64,000 nucleotides of DNA from Candidatus Bathyarchaeota archaeon (GCA_963811105.1 CAWEPZ010000011.1:1434332-1498331), one strand, 5' to 3'; shown: positions 47,367 through 57,336, counted from the first letter of the stretch. The notes: a model not told the origin generated them from the sequence alone. Program-made: numbers and translations.

Positions 47367-48613
47367 CCCGGTTGCCTCAAGACGATGGCAAGAAAAAAGG
47401 CGACGAAGGTCTAAAACTCAGTAGTGACCTATTGGAAGCCCTTGCAAGATTCCAGCAAATCGAGCTGGAAGACTTCCAAATGGATGTCAAAGACCTAGAA
47501 ATAATCTTTGAGCCAGGCATGGCTGGGCAAATCATGCCCAAACTAAAGCTTCCAGCAGCAATTGCAGGTGGAAAACCAACCGCTATGCTGCAGACAGCTT
47601 TTGTTCCTCCGGTTGAAACCTACCCAAACAAGATTGCTGAAGTAAGACTTGGCGGAACCAGAAAAGAAGGCGGAACACGCGGAAAATCACTCGTAATAGG
47701 CGGAGAAGTTTCTCCTGCATTCTACAATTTTGAACGACCAACTACCCATAAACCAGTTATCACCCTTGACGTTTTCGACATGGAAGTTCCATTGAGCAAA
47801 GCAGTAAAAATGCACGTTAAAGAAGTCGTAGGTGACCCAGCTGCGTGGGCAAAACTTGCAGTAGAAAAATTCGACGCAGACATGGTGACGGTTCACTTAA
47901 TCAGCATTGACCCACTTCTCAAAGACGCTACTCCAAAAGATGCAGTCAAAACTGTGGAAAAAGTTTTGCAAGCAGTTGATGTTCCCCTGGTTATCGGCGG
48001 ATGCGGTGACCCAGTGAAGGATGCAAATGTTTTCGAAGCCATATGTGAAGCTTTCCCCAACGAACGCTTCCTAATTAGCTCAATTACACGAGATATGGAT
48101 GTTGAGCGCTGTGCAAAGTATGTTAAAAAGAATGGGCATGTTGCGTTATCATTTACTCCGATGGACTTGAACTTGGCACGGGAACTTAACAGGCGACTAT
48201 ACGATTTCCTCGACAGAGAAGACATAGTTATGGACTTAACTACTGCAGCGTTAGGCTACGGTTTAGATTATGCATTCACCAACATGGAACGAGCTAGAAT
48301 CGGCGGCTTAATGGGCGATGTTGAATTGGCTCATCCAATGTCCTCAGGAACAACTAACGCTTGGGCAGCCCGTGAAGCTTGGCTAAAAATGTCAGCTGAA
48401 TGGGAACCACGTGAACTCAGAGGTCCACTCTGGGAAGTAACAACAGCCTTAACACTATTGCTTGCTGGCGTTGACTTATTCATGATGATGCATCCTGCAG
48501 CAGTAAAAACACTCAAAGACGTGACAAACTTCCTAACAAGCGGCAAAAAAGCAGACGCTTCAAAATATGCTAACTGGGTTAGCCTAAAAGCCAAAGGAGT
48601 GCAAATGCCATGA
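47363..48613 (+). CDS. cdhD: Corrinoid Fe-S protein small (delta) subunit
   Basis: GGTRGK..IGGE, HLISIDP, TAALGYGLDY, NAWAAREAW, MMMHP. Confidence 0.95.
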   Translation: MTRLPQDDGKKKGDEGLKLSSDLLEALARFQQIELEDFQMDVKDLEIIFEPGMAGQIMPKLKLPAAIAGGKPTAMLQTAFVPPVETYPNKIAEVRLGGTRKEGGTRGKSLVIGGEVSPAFYNFERPTTHKPVITLDVFDMEVPLSKAVKMHVKEVVGDPAAWAKLAVEKFDADMVTVHLISIDPLLKDATPKDAVKTVEKVLQAVDVPLVIGGCGDPVKDANVFEAICEAFPNERFLISSITRDMDVERCAKYVKKNGHVALSFTPMDLNLARELNRRLYDFLDREDIVMDLTTAALGYGLDYAFTNMERARIGGLMGDVELAHPMSSGTTNAWAAREAWLKMSAEWEPRELRGPLWEVTTALTLLLAGVDLFMMMHPAAVKTLKDVTNFLTSGKKADASKYANWVSLKAKGVQMP

Positions 48614-50034
48614 GCGAAAAAAAGAAAGCTGGATTAAAAGAATTAAGTCCCATTGACATTTACAAGCTTCTTCCAAAAATCAACTGCAAAGAATGCGGTC
48701 AAGACAACTGTATGGCGTTTGCCACAAAAATCGTCAACCGGGAAGTAAACATCGACACATGTCCACCACTGCTAAAGAAAGAAAACGAAAAAGCCTACAA
48801 ACAGCTAAGAGAAATTCTAAAGCCAGCGGTTAAAGAAGTCACAGTTGGCGTTGGAGACAACGCAAGAAAACTCGGCGGCAAACTAGTAATGTACCGCCAT
48901 GAATTCACCTATACAAACCCAACAGCCATCGCTATCGATGTAACTGACGAAATGTCTCCACAGGAAACTGAAAACCGCATAAAACGCACAGAAAACTATA
49001 GCTTCGAATACATTGGCTACACACTAAAACTGGACATGATTGCCGTCCGTTCAACATCTGGCGACGCAGAAAAATTCAAAGCAACTGTGAAAAAAGTAGC
49101 TGAAACAACCAAACTGCCCATGATTCTATGCACATTAAACTCAAGTGTTCTTGAAGCTGGGCTAATGGCTGCGCCAAAAGCACGACCACTGATATATGCA
49201 GCTACTAAAGAAAACTGGAAAGACATGGCAGAACTCGCCCTAATGTATAGTTGTCCACTAGTAGTTTCAGCCCCAAACGATCTAACAACGCTTGTTTCAC
49301 TTGCCAAAACCTTGATCGCTTACGGCGTAACTGATTTAGTCTTAGACCCAGGCACTTTTATCAACGAAGGATTACCCGATACCATTAACAACTTTACAAT
49401 GCTGCGAAGAGCTGCTACCAAGGGCGGCGAAGAACTGGCTGGATTCCCATTGATGGGTGTTCCGATGGTTGCTTGGATGGAAGGCGGCGAAACATTTGAA
49501 GACGTACTGAAATGGCGCGAAGCATACGTAGCCTCAATGCTTGTTGTGCGATATGCCGACGTGCTTGTTATGCATGGAAACGATGGCTGGTCACTGCTAC
49601 CGATAACCGTACTAAGACAAAATATTTACACTGACCCACGCAAGCCAGTTGCAGTTGCTCCGGGCCTCAAAGTGTTTGGCACTCCAGACGAAAATTCGCC
49701 AGTGTTCTTCACATCAAACTTTGCCTTAACTTACTACACCGTTGCCTCAGACCTTGAAAGCAGCAAACTCAATGCGTACCTAATAGTAGTAGAAACTGAA
49801 GGATCAGCCATAGACAGCGGAGTCGCAGGACGCAAACTAACTGCTGAACGTGTAGCAGATGCAATCAAAGCTTCAGGTGTAGAAAGCAAGGTGAAGCACA
49901 GAAAAATCATCATCCCCGGCAAAGCTTCAAGGATCAGCGGCGAAATCGAAGAACTCAGCGGCTGGAAAGTTCAAGTAGGGCCACGCGACAGCAGTGAGAT
50001 ACCCAAGTATCTTATTGAAAAATGGCAACCCTAA
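48610..50034 (+). CDS. cdhE: Corrinoid Fe-S protein large (gamma) subunit
   Basis: LPKINCKECG..CMAFA..CP, YRHE, IYTDP.KP, NFALTY, VGPRDS. Confidence 0.96.
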   Translation: MSEKKKAGLKELSPIDIYKLLPKINCKECGQDNCMAFATKIVNREVNIDTCPPLLKKENEKAYKQLREILKPAVKEVTVGVGDNARKLGGKLVMYRHEFTYTNPTAIAIDVTDEMSPQETENRIKRTENYSFEYIGYTLKLDMIAVRSTSGDAEKFKATVKKVAETTKLPMILCTLNSSVLEAGLMAAPKARPLIYAATKENWKDMAELALMYSCPLVVSAPNDLTTLVSLAKTLIAYGVTDLVLDPGTFINEGLPDTINNFTMLRRAATKGGEELAGFPLMGVPMVAWMEGGETFEDVLKWREAYVASMLVVRYADVLVMHGNDGWSLLPITVLRQNIYTDPRKPVAVAPGLKVFGTPDENSPVFFTSNFALTYYTVASDLESSKLNAYLIVVETEGSAIDSGVAGRKLTAERVADAIKASGVESKVKHRKIIIPGKASRISGEIEELSGWKVQVGPRDSSEIPKYLIEKWQP

Positions 50035-50037
50035 ACA

Positions 50038-50060
50038 TTCTTTCCCTTCTTTTATTTTCT
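50038..50060 (+). terminator. Pyrimidine/T-rich terminator after cdh operon
   Basis: TTCTTTCCCTTCTTTTATTTTCT directly after the stop. Confidence 0.5.
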
Positions 50061-50128
50061 AAATCTATTAGAATTCTTGAGAAAAAAAGCCTTCACTAAG
50101 TTTTTATTTCACTTCGAGAATTGGGTTA

Positions 50129-50539
50129 GTGGTGATTTTTTTGGATCATACAATTGTTCATTTCGAAATTCCAGCTAATGACATTGAGAAGCTCAAGCAA
50201 TTTTATATCGATTTGTTCGGCTGGAAAATAGAAAAATACCCAGGACCAACAACCTACTATCTTATAGGAACAGTCCCTGTGGATGAAAAAACAATGATGC
50301 CGCTTCGACCCGGTGTTAATGGTGGATTGTTCAATAAGAAAGATGCTTCAATGCCTGACATGGCTAAACCCACAAACTACATTTCGGTAGAATCCGTGGA
50401 GGAATACAGCAAAAAGATTGAGGCGCTTGGCGGCAAAATTGTTGTGCCAAAAATGGAGATTCCTGGTTTAGGCTGGTGGGCGCTTGCGTTGGATCCTGAA
50501 GGCAACCACTTCGGCATACTGGAATACATGCAGAAATAG
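50129..50539 (+). CDS. VOC/glyoxalase-family protein
   Basis: VHFEIPA, FY..LFGW, GVNGGL, GGKIV.PK, DPEGN. Confidence 0.88.
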   Translation: MVIFLDHTIVHFEIPANDIEKLKQFYIDLFGWKIEKYPGPTTYYLIGTVPVDEKTMMPLRPGVNGGLFNKKDASMPDMAKPTNYISVESVEEYSKKIEALGGKIVVPKMEIPGLGWWALALDPEGNHFGILEYMQK

Positions 50540-50683
50540 CATCTTTTTTTAATCTCTTTCTTCTTTTTGTATTATTCATCTTATTGTTAAAATTCCATGG
50601 TTTTTAGCTAAATATGTACTAAAAGCTGATAAACCCCCTCTATTACTACAAGAATATTAGGCGAGAAGGGACCAAAAATAGGC

Positions 50684-52159
50684 TGCGGTATCTTTGGTGC
50701 AATAAACTATGAGAATCAACCAGTTTTTCCGTATGTTTACTGGGGGTTACGCGCCCAAAACCACCGAGGACACCAGTCGCACGGTTTTCTAACTTATAGT
50801 GATAAAGAATTTTTTACGTACAAAAATTTAGATTTGGTTCCTAAAGTAAAAAATGATGCCATAAAAGAATGGTTTGGCCGTCTTCCGGGATCAATAGGGA
50901 TCGGCAACGTAAGGTATACAACTTCAGGCAAATGCGACGACGTCTCCATAATACAGGGTACCCAACCAGTTGTCGCCACTGTGAATGGCTCAAAACTTGC
51001 TCTTTCATTTAACGGTAACATTGTTAATACTTTGCCGCTGAAAAGAGAAATGTCTGAGAATTTCCCAGACTTTACATATAGCTGCGATTCTGACATTGTA
51101 TGCAACAAAATGCTCTTAGCCCTAAAACAAGGCAAAGACTTGCCGTCTGCAGCCAAACAAGTTATGGAAAGTTTAGACGGCGCATTCTCTATAACGGGCA
51201 TAACAGGAGAGGGCGAATTTTTCGCCTTCAAAGATCCGCATGGAATAAAACCCTTATGTGCTGGGCATGACCCCGCAGGAAAAACTTTTGCTTTTTCCTC
51301 TGAAACCGTAAGCTTAGATATGAACAGTTTTGTTAGAGATTTTGAACTGAAACCAGGCGAACTAGTAACCGTTTCAAAAGACGGCTTCAAGCGTATCCAA
51401 CTTATACAAAACCCTCACCCAGCTTTCTGCTGTTTCGAATATGCTTATTTCGCCAGGCCCGATTCACGATTTAACGGTAAATACGTTTATGAAATTCGGG
51501 AAGATTTCGGCAGAAATATAGTAAAAGAAAATCCCGAAGTAGTAAAGGAAAGCGATATTATTCTTTCAGTTCCTGAAACGGGCGATGACTCGGCGATGGG
51601 CGTACATGAAGCCTCTGGTTTAAGATGGGAACGGGCGTCAAGGCGGCACCGTTATGTTACAGAGAGAGCTTTCATTCTTCTAAATGTCGAGCGTTTTTCG
51701 ACTATCGATAAGAAAATTAACATTTTAGGCTCCAAAGTAGATGGAAAACGAGTCATAATAACTGAAGACAGTATAGTTCGAGGAGACACAACCAAAGTAA
51801 TAATTGATAAATTGCGGAAAGCAGGTGCCAAAAAAGTTTATGTCTTCGTTACTTTTCCACGAATCATTGGTCCATGCTTTTACGGGATTGATATGTCAAC
51901 ATATGGGCAACTTGTCGGCTCAAGAAACAGTGCCGAAGAAATCGCTAAAATCATAGGCGCAGACGGTGTCTGCTACCAATCCATTGAGGCACTGGTAGGT
52001 GCTACAGGCCAGACAAAAGACCAATTATGTTTGGCCTGCATCTCAGGCGATTATCCGACTCCATGTGCACAAAAAATGGCTGACGCAATGAGAAAAAGAT
52101 TCCTCGACGGCTATGAGGAAAAATCAAGAATTTATGAGTCAGATGAAGTGCAACCATAG
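50684..52159 (+). CDS. purF: Amidophosphoribosyltransferase (coordinates from catalytic Cys; true start codon unclear)
   Basis: In-frame CGIFG at 50684, QNHRG, RYTTSG, NGNIVN, CCFEYAYFARPDS, EDSIVRGDT, CFYGIDM, CLAC. Confidence 0.93.
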   Translation, partial: CGIFGAINYENQPVFPYVYWGLRAQNHRGHQSHGFLTYSDKEFFTYKNLDLVPKVKNDAIKEWFGRLPGSIGIGNVRYTTSGKCDDVSIIQGTQPVVATVNGSKLALSFNGNIVNTLPLKREMSENFPDFTYSCDSDIVCNKMLLALKQGKDLPSAAKQVMESLDGAFSITGITGEGEFFAFKDPHGIKPLCAGHDPAGKTFAFSSETVSLDMNSFVRDFELKPGELVTVSKDGFKRIQLIQNPHPAFCCFEYAYFARPDSRFNGKYVYEIREDFGRNIVKENPEVVKESDIILSVPETGDDSAMGVHEASGLRWERASRRHRYVTERAFILLNVERFSTIDKKINILGSKVDGKRVIITEDSIVRGDTTKVIIDKLRKAGAKKVYVFVTFPRIIGPCFYGIDMSTYGQLVGSRNSAEEIAKIIGADGVCYQSIEALVGATGQTKDQLCLACISGDYPTPCAQKMADAMRKRFLDGYEEKSRIYESDEVQP

Positions 52160-52220
52160 TGGCGGCGGCAAAGCAAATTAAGTGATCCCTATATTTTCTT
52201 AGCTTAACGGTGAATCTCCA

Positions 52221-53636
52221 ATGCAAAGAATAGGTGTCCTAGTTATTTCTTATGGTGCAAGAGAAGTTGCCATGGTTGACGCTCTTTTGCAAAGCAAAGA
52301 ATATCAAGTGGCTCTCTATATTGCGGACAAACAACTCAATCCGTTCAATGTGGAAAAAGCTACCAAACATGTTGTTATACCAAACCTTGATGTTGAAGAA
52401 ATCTGCAAATTCGCTGAGGAGAACAAAGACAAAATAAGTTTTGGTCTGGTTGGCTCTGAAAAGCCCATAATTGAAGGCGTCCGCGATCAAATCGAAAAAC
52501 TCACGGGCATACCTGTTATTTGTCCAAAGCAACAATTCGCTATAGAAGTCAGCAAAGTAGAGCAGCGACTACTTTTTGATGAGATTGCACCAGAAGCAAA
52601 TCCCCGCTTCAAAGTTTTTAATCCAGCCGACTACAAAGGCTCAGCAGACGTTAGACGCGAAGTTTACAGTTGGTTAGACGAACTAGAAAACCAAGCTGTA
52701 GTAAAACCTGATAAGCCAGCCTTGGGCAAAGGCGTTGGCGTTTGGGGCGACCACTTCGCGAACCGAGAGCAACTTTTCGATCACTTCCTATCCAACTTCC
52801 AATATGGCTCAGTCATAATAGAGGAAAAGATAGATGGTGAAGAATCAAGTTTCATGGCTTTCTGCGACGGCAAACACTTCATACCTCTGCCAGACACACG
52901 GGATTACAAGCGAGCCTTCGATGACGACAAAGGTCCAAATACCGGCGGCATGGGCTCATACAAAGACGCTGGTGACAAACTGCCTTTTCTAACCACAGCT
53001 GACCGCGAAGCAGAACTTATTTTAGGTAATAAAATTTTCAAGGGGTGGCAATCCAAAATCAAAGATGACACAGCGCTTCGAGGCGTCCCGCTATACCTTG
53101 CGTTCATGCATACAGGACAAGGCATTAAAGTTCTTGAAAATAACAGTCGTCCAGGCGACCCAGAAATAATTAACCTGCTTGCACTCATAAAGGACGATTT
53201 TGTTGATTTATGCTTCAAAATGATTGAAGGAAACCTAACAAGCATTCAGCTTGAACAGTCTGCATCCGTTTTAACCTATAAAGTTCCACCAGATTACGGC
53301 GGATACGCCGATCTGTTCCCGAGTCAAGCGGACAAAGCAGCGATAGATTCGCCAGTTGACCTCTCAAAAGCCCATGCATTAACTAAGAAATACGGAAATA
53401 GAATCAGAATTTACCCTGGTTCAATGGAAACCCGATCCGGTATAAACTACGCCTTAAGATCACGTGCCGTGGGAGTTTTAGGCATTGGCAAAAGTATTGA
53501 AGAAGCACGGCAAATGAGCCTTGAAGGCGTTGAAGCAATCTCGGGCGGAGGATTGTGGAACCGAAATGATGTTGCGTCAAAACAACATATTGCGAAAAGC
53601 ATCAGTCACATGGACAATTTGAGGCGCAAAGCGTGA
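52221..53636 (+). CDS. purD: Phosphoribosylamine-glycine ligase (divergent archaeal type)
   Basis: GARE, VVKPD..GKGV, IEEKIDGEESS, DYKRAFDDDKGPNTGGMG, ENNSRPGDPE. Confidence 0.92.
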   Translation: MQRIGVLVISYGAREVAMVDALLQSKEYQVALYIADKQLNPFNVEKATKHVVIPNLDVEEICKFAEENKDKISFGLVGSEKPIIEGVRDQIEKLTGIPVICPKQQFAIEVSKVEQRLLFDEIAPEANPRFKVFNPADYKGSADVRREVYSWLDELENQAVVKPDKPALGKGVGVWGDHFANREQLFDHFLSNFQYGSVIIEEKIDGEESSFMAFCDGKHFIPLPDTRDYKRAFDDDKGPNTGGMGSYKDAGDKLPFLTTADREAELILGNKIFKGWQSKIKDDTALRGVPLYLAFMHTGQGIKVLENNSRPGDPEIINLLALIKDDFVDLCFKMIEGNLTSIQLEQSASVLTYKVPPDYGGYADLFPSQADKAAIDSPVDLSKAHALTKKYGNRIRIYPGSMETRSGINYALRSRAVGVLGIGKSIEEARQMSLEGVEAISGGGLWNRNDVASKQHIAKSISHMDNLRRKA

Positions 53637-54715
53637 AGCGCATCTTCATTTCCGACTGTGAAGGACCAATCTCAAAGAATGATAACGCCTACGAGTTAGC
53701 AGCAAATTTTATTCCAAACGGCGATAAACTTTTTGCTAACATAAGCAAGTACGACGATGTTTTGGCGGATGTAGTGCGCAAACCCGGTTATTCAGCAGGC
53801 AGTACCTTAAAGCTGATTTTGCCTTTCTTTAAAGCGTATGATATAATCGATAAGCAAATGGAAGAGTTTTCGGAAAAAAACATTGTTTTAATCGCTAACA
53901 GCAAAAACACTCTAAGCTACGTACAAGCACGAACAGAAGCTTTCATCGTCAGTACCAGCTACGAGTACTACATCAAAGCATTATGCAAGGCTCTCAGTTT
54001 TCCATACCAAGACACTTATTGCACAAAAGTAAGGCTCGACAAATACTCAATCACAAAACAAGAGAAAAAACGACTTAAAGAAATAGGAGAGGAAATCAGT
54101 CAGATTCGCTTAATCGATATACCTCCCGCTGGAAGAAAAATGGAGCAATTTTCCCGTAGCGCCGTGGCATTAATTGGGCGTTTAGACGACATTTTCTGGA
54201 GCGAAATCCCCAAAATGACCGTTGGGAAAATGCTCTCTGATGTGGTGACGGTTGGCGGGGAACAAAAAGCCGAGGCAATACGCGATGTCACAAAGCGTTT
54301 CCAAGCTGAATTGGCAGATGTAATGTATGTGGGCGACAGTATAACCGATGTGGAAGCCTTCAAATTAGTCCGCGAAAACGGGGGCTTAACAGTATCTTTC
54401 AACGGCAATAGTTATGCAGTTAAAAATGCGGATGTGGCAGTTCTATCCGAAAGCAACTTTACAACAGCTATTTTCGCTGATTTGTTTTGCAGGTTTGGAA
54501 AAGAAAAAACAATCAGCGCCCTTGGCTCGTGGAATATTGAAGGCCTCAAGAAAAGCGGCGTTGACAAAGATTTACTTGGTCAACTTAGAATTTTGTATCC
54601 TAACCAATTGCCTAAAGTTCAAATAGTAACAGCCCAAAATATGGAAATGCTAGTAAAAGAAAGCAGTGAATTTAGAAAAAAAGTTAGAGGAGTAGCCGTT
54701 GGGGGTCTCGGGTAA
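53633..54715 (+). CDS. HAD-like phosphohydrolase (COG4030, often labelled EhaR)
   Basis: FISDCEGPISKNDNA, STSY, K, YVGDSITD, SFNGN. Confidence 0.82.
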   Translation: MKRIFISDCEGPISKNDNAYELAANFIPNGDKLFANISKYDDVLADVVRKPGYSAGSTLKLILPFFKAYDIIDKQMEEFSEKNIVLIANSKNTLSYVQARTEAFIVSTSYEYYIKALCKALSFPYQDTYCTKVRLDKYSITKQEKKRLKEIGEEISQIRLIDIPPAGRKMEQFSRSAVALIGRLDDIFWSEIPKMTVGKMLSDVVTVGGEQKAEAIRDVTKRFQAELADVMYVGDSITDVEAFKLVRENGGLTVSFNGNSYAVKNADVAVLSESNFTTAIFADLFCRFGKEKTISALGSWNIEGLKKSGVDKDLLGQLRILYPNQLPKVQIVTAQNMEMLVKESSEFRKKVRGVAVGGLG

Positions 54716-55624
54716 ATGAGCAAAGCGCCAATAGAGGATACGTATGCTGAAGCTTTCGCGGGGATTTTTTGCAGAGTGATCGTAACTGCAGATGATGAAG
54801 AAACATTACGCAGGGCAGCTGAAGATTCAACAGCAACCCCGTCGGTTGTAATCGGCAGAACGGAAGGCGGAGTCGAAAAATACCTCACTCCAAAAGAAAC
54901 TCCAGACAAACGCCAAGGCGCATTGCTTCAGTTCTGGGGAGAAATAAACCTCAACAAAACCTTCGAGCAATCCCTCAAGAAATTTGAAACTGAACTTTCC
55001 TACCGCATCCGCCAAGACATCCTAGTAAAGCCCTTCACCGCTGTTTATGACGCCTTGCCAAATGCGGCGGGTAAGATGGATATGATGGAGACTGTTGGGC
55101 ATTGCGGCGACGGCTACGAATGGGTTGAAAAAAGGGGTGACAGAGAAGTTGTTGTTGTTCCTTTAATGGTTCCTGACTTTGTCATTGAGCGCTACTTAGG
55201 TTATGATCGGGGCGTTATGGGCGGCAACTTCTGGGTAATGTGTAAAACCAAGCAGGACCTAATGCAAGCGGGAGAAAAAGCCTTGAAAGCAATCCACAAC
55301 GTAAAAGGTGTGGTTACGCCCTTTGATGTTTGCTCGGCAGGCTCCAAGACAGAAACCCATTTCCCAAAAATTGGTCCAACAACCAACCACCTGTACTGTC
55401 CCTCTCTAAAGGAGCGATTAGGCAAAGAGTCACTTGTTCCACAAGGGGTAGGTTACATAGCCGAAATAGTCTACGATGGCGTTTCTTTAGAAGCCATTAA
55501 AGAAGCAACAAAGGTTGGAATCGAATCAGTAATTGGTATTGACGGAGTCGTGAAGGTGTCAGCCGGCAATTACGGCGGCAAATTAGGCGAATATAAAATA
55601 TTCTTGCGAGAGTTGTTTGTATGA
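54716..55624 (+). CDS. Formylmethanofuran:H4MPT formyltransferase-like protein (divergent Ftr paralog)
   Basis: IEDTYAEAF, ETPD.R.G, GDGYE, GGNF, SAGSK, TN..YCPSL, EIV.DG, SAGNYGGKLG. Confidence 0.88.
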   Translation: MSKAPIEDTYAEAFAGIFCRVIVTADDEETLRRAAEDSTATPSVVIGRTEGGVEKYLTPKETPDKRQGALLQFWGEINLNKTFEQSLKKFETELSYRIRQDILVKPFTAVYDALPNAAGKMDMMETVGHCGDGYEWVEKRGDREVVVVPLMVPDFVIERYLGYDRGVMGGNFWVMCKTKQDLMQAGEKALKAIHNVKGVVTPFDVCSAGSKTETHFPKIGPTTNHLYCPSLKERLGKESLVPQGVGYIAEIVYDGVSLEAIKEATKVGIESVIGIDGVVKVSAGNYGGKLGEYKIFLRELFV

Positions 55625-56535
55625 CTAAATTTGATGTTGTAGGTTTTGGAGCACTTAACGTCGATATGCTCTTCAAAGTAAACAAGCTTGCTGGAGCAGA
55701 AGAGGAAAGTTTTGTTGATGATTGCACTGAGGCTTGCGGTGGCTCAGCCGCAAATACCATGGTTGGGTTGGCAAGACTAGGCTGCAAAACCGGCTTTATA
55801 GGTAAAGTAGCCAACGACCGAGAAGGCAAACTACAAGTCGACTGCTTAAAAACCGAAGGCGTAGATACCGACGGCATAATTGAGGCAACAAAGGGCAAGA
55901 GCGGTTCAGTAATGGGCTTCGTAGACCGGAAAGGTGCAAGAGCACTTTACATCAATTTAGGCGTGAACGATACAATCGAGCCACGGGAATTGAAATGGGA
56001 TTATGTTTCTCAGACCAAATTTCTACATCTATCCTCCTTTGTGGGAGAAAAGCCACTTCGTGCACAAAAAAAGTTGTTAGGTTCCCTCCCAAACGATGTA
56101 AAAATCAGCTTTGACCCTGGCTCAGTATATGCACAGAGGGGTTTTGCAGCTATAGAACCAATAATTAGAAATTCTCATGTTTTGATGCCTAATGCTTTTG
56201 AACTTGAACTTTTAACCGGAGAAGTTGATTACCGCAACGGCGCCGATTTCATGATTGAAGTTGGCGTTAAAATTGTTGCAGTTAAGCTTGGTGACAAAGG
56301 TGCTTACGTGACTAATGGTGACGAAAGGCTAATGGTAGAGCCCTTCAAAGTTAAAGCGGTCGATACAACTGGCGCTGGAGACGCTTTTTGCGCTGGTTTC
56401 CTTTACGGCTTGATACATAAAAAAAGCCTCTATGAGTGCGGTCAGTTGGGGAACTTTGTGGCTTCCAGAAGCGTTATGGCAATGGGTGCACGTGCTGGTT
56501 TGCCCTATGCGAAGGATTTAGCACTTCTTTACTAG
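55621..56535 (+). CDS. PfkB/ribokinase-family kinase
   Basis: GALNVD, GGSAANT, SFDPG, VKLG.KG, DTTGAGDAF. Confidence 0.92.
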   Translation: MTKFDVVGFGALNVDMLFKVNKLAGAEEESFVDDCTEACGGSAANTMVGLARLGCKTGFIGKVANDREGKLQVDCLKTEGVDTDGIIEATKGKSGSVMGFVDRKGARALYINLGVNDTIEPRELKWDYVSQTKFLHLSSFVGEKPLRAQKKLLGSLPNDVKISFDPGSVYAQRGFAAIEPIIRNSHVLMPNAFELELLTGEVDYRNGADFMIEVGVKIVAVKLGDKGAYVTNGDERLMVEPFKVKAVDTTGAGDAFCAGFLYGLIHKKSLYECGQLGNFVASRSVMAMGARAGLPYAKDLALLY

Positions 56536-57336
56536 TTTGTCTATTATGCTTTGGAAGATTAGTTTTCCGTCACCGTATTGCAGCATTTGTTGTTTGTCTG
56601 TCCAGTTGGGTTGTTGCCACCAGTACATTGCCCTTTCAGGGTGAGGCATTAAACCGAAAATGTTTCCTTCTTTATTGCATATGCCTGCGATGTCATAGGT
56701 TGAGCCGTTTGGGTTCTCTGGATATTTGCCGTCTGCAATGTTGCCGTTTTTATCGCAGTATCGTAAAACAACCATATCCTCATCAATTAGTTTCGCAAGC
56801 ATTTCCTGCTCTTTCTCTTTGGGAAACAGTAATCTTCCTTCTCCGTGAGCGATAGGCATGCTGAGTATTTTGCCTGCTGGGATTTTGTTCGTGAAACTGC
56901 ATTTTCCTTTGTTTTCATTTTTGAGGTAGACCCATTTGCATTTGAATCCTGCTGGTTCATTGTTTGTTAATGCGGCTTCTGGATAGGTGCTTATGCCTTG
57001 GAAACCTGGCAGCAACCCGTACTCAACCATTATTTGGAAGCCATTGCATATGCCCAGAATTGGTCTGCCTTCGTCAACAAAAGTTTCAATTTCTTTGCCT
57101 AACTTGGCGCTAACCCACCGCGCAAAAATTACGCCTGAACGTACGTAATCGCCAAACGAGAAACCGCCTGGAAAAACCAGTACCTGATAATCCAACAGAT
57201 TTTTCCGTTTCACTAACTCATTGATATGCAGAACTTCCGCTTGCACATCTAACTCCAGAAAAGCCCGCTGGGTTTCTGCGTCGCAGTTGATTCCGCCGGC
57301 ACGCATTACGCAAACTTTGATTTCTCCATGATTCAT
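56518..57336 (-). CDS. purQ: FGAM synthase glutaminase subunit
   Basis: G.NCD.E, PGGFSFGD, GICNGFQ, AHGEG, NPNGS, MPHPER. Confidence 0.96.
   Translation of the reverse strand: MNHGEIKVCVMRAGGINCDAETQRAFLELDVQAEVLHINELVKRKNLLDYQVLVFPGGFSFGDYVRSGVIFARWVSAKLGKEIETFVDEGRPILGICNGFQIMVEYGLLPGFQGISTYPEAALTNNEPAGFKCKWVYLKNENKGKCSFTNKIPAGKILSMPIAHGEGRLLFPKEKEQEMLAKLIDEDMVVLRYCDKNGNIADGKYPENPNGSTYDIAGICNKEGNIFGLMPHPERAMYWWQQPNWTDKQQMLQYGDGKLIFQSIIDKLVKKC

Noticed and set aside
41311-50034. cooC-cooC-cdhABCDE as a novelty
   Set aside because: Canonical archaeal CODH/ACS operon with the expected motifs.
53633-54715. Evidence for an Eha hydrogenase
   Set aside because: The protein has HAD motifs, and no NiFe or membrane hydrogenase subunits occur in the window.
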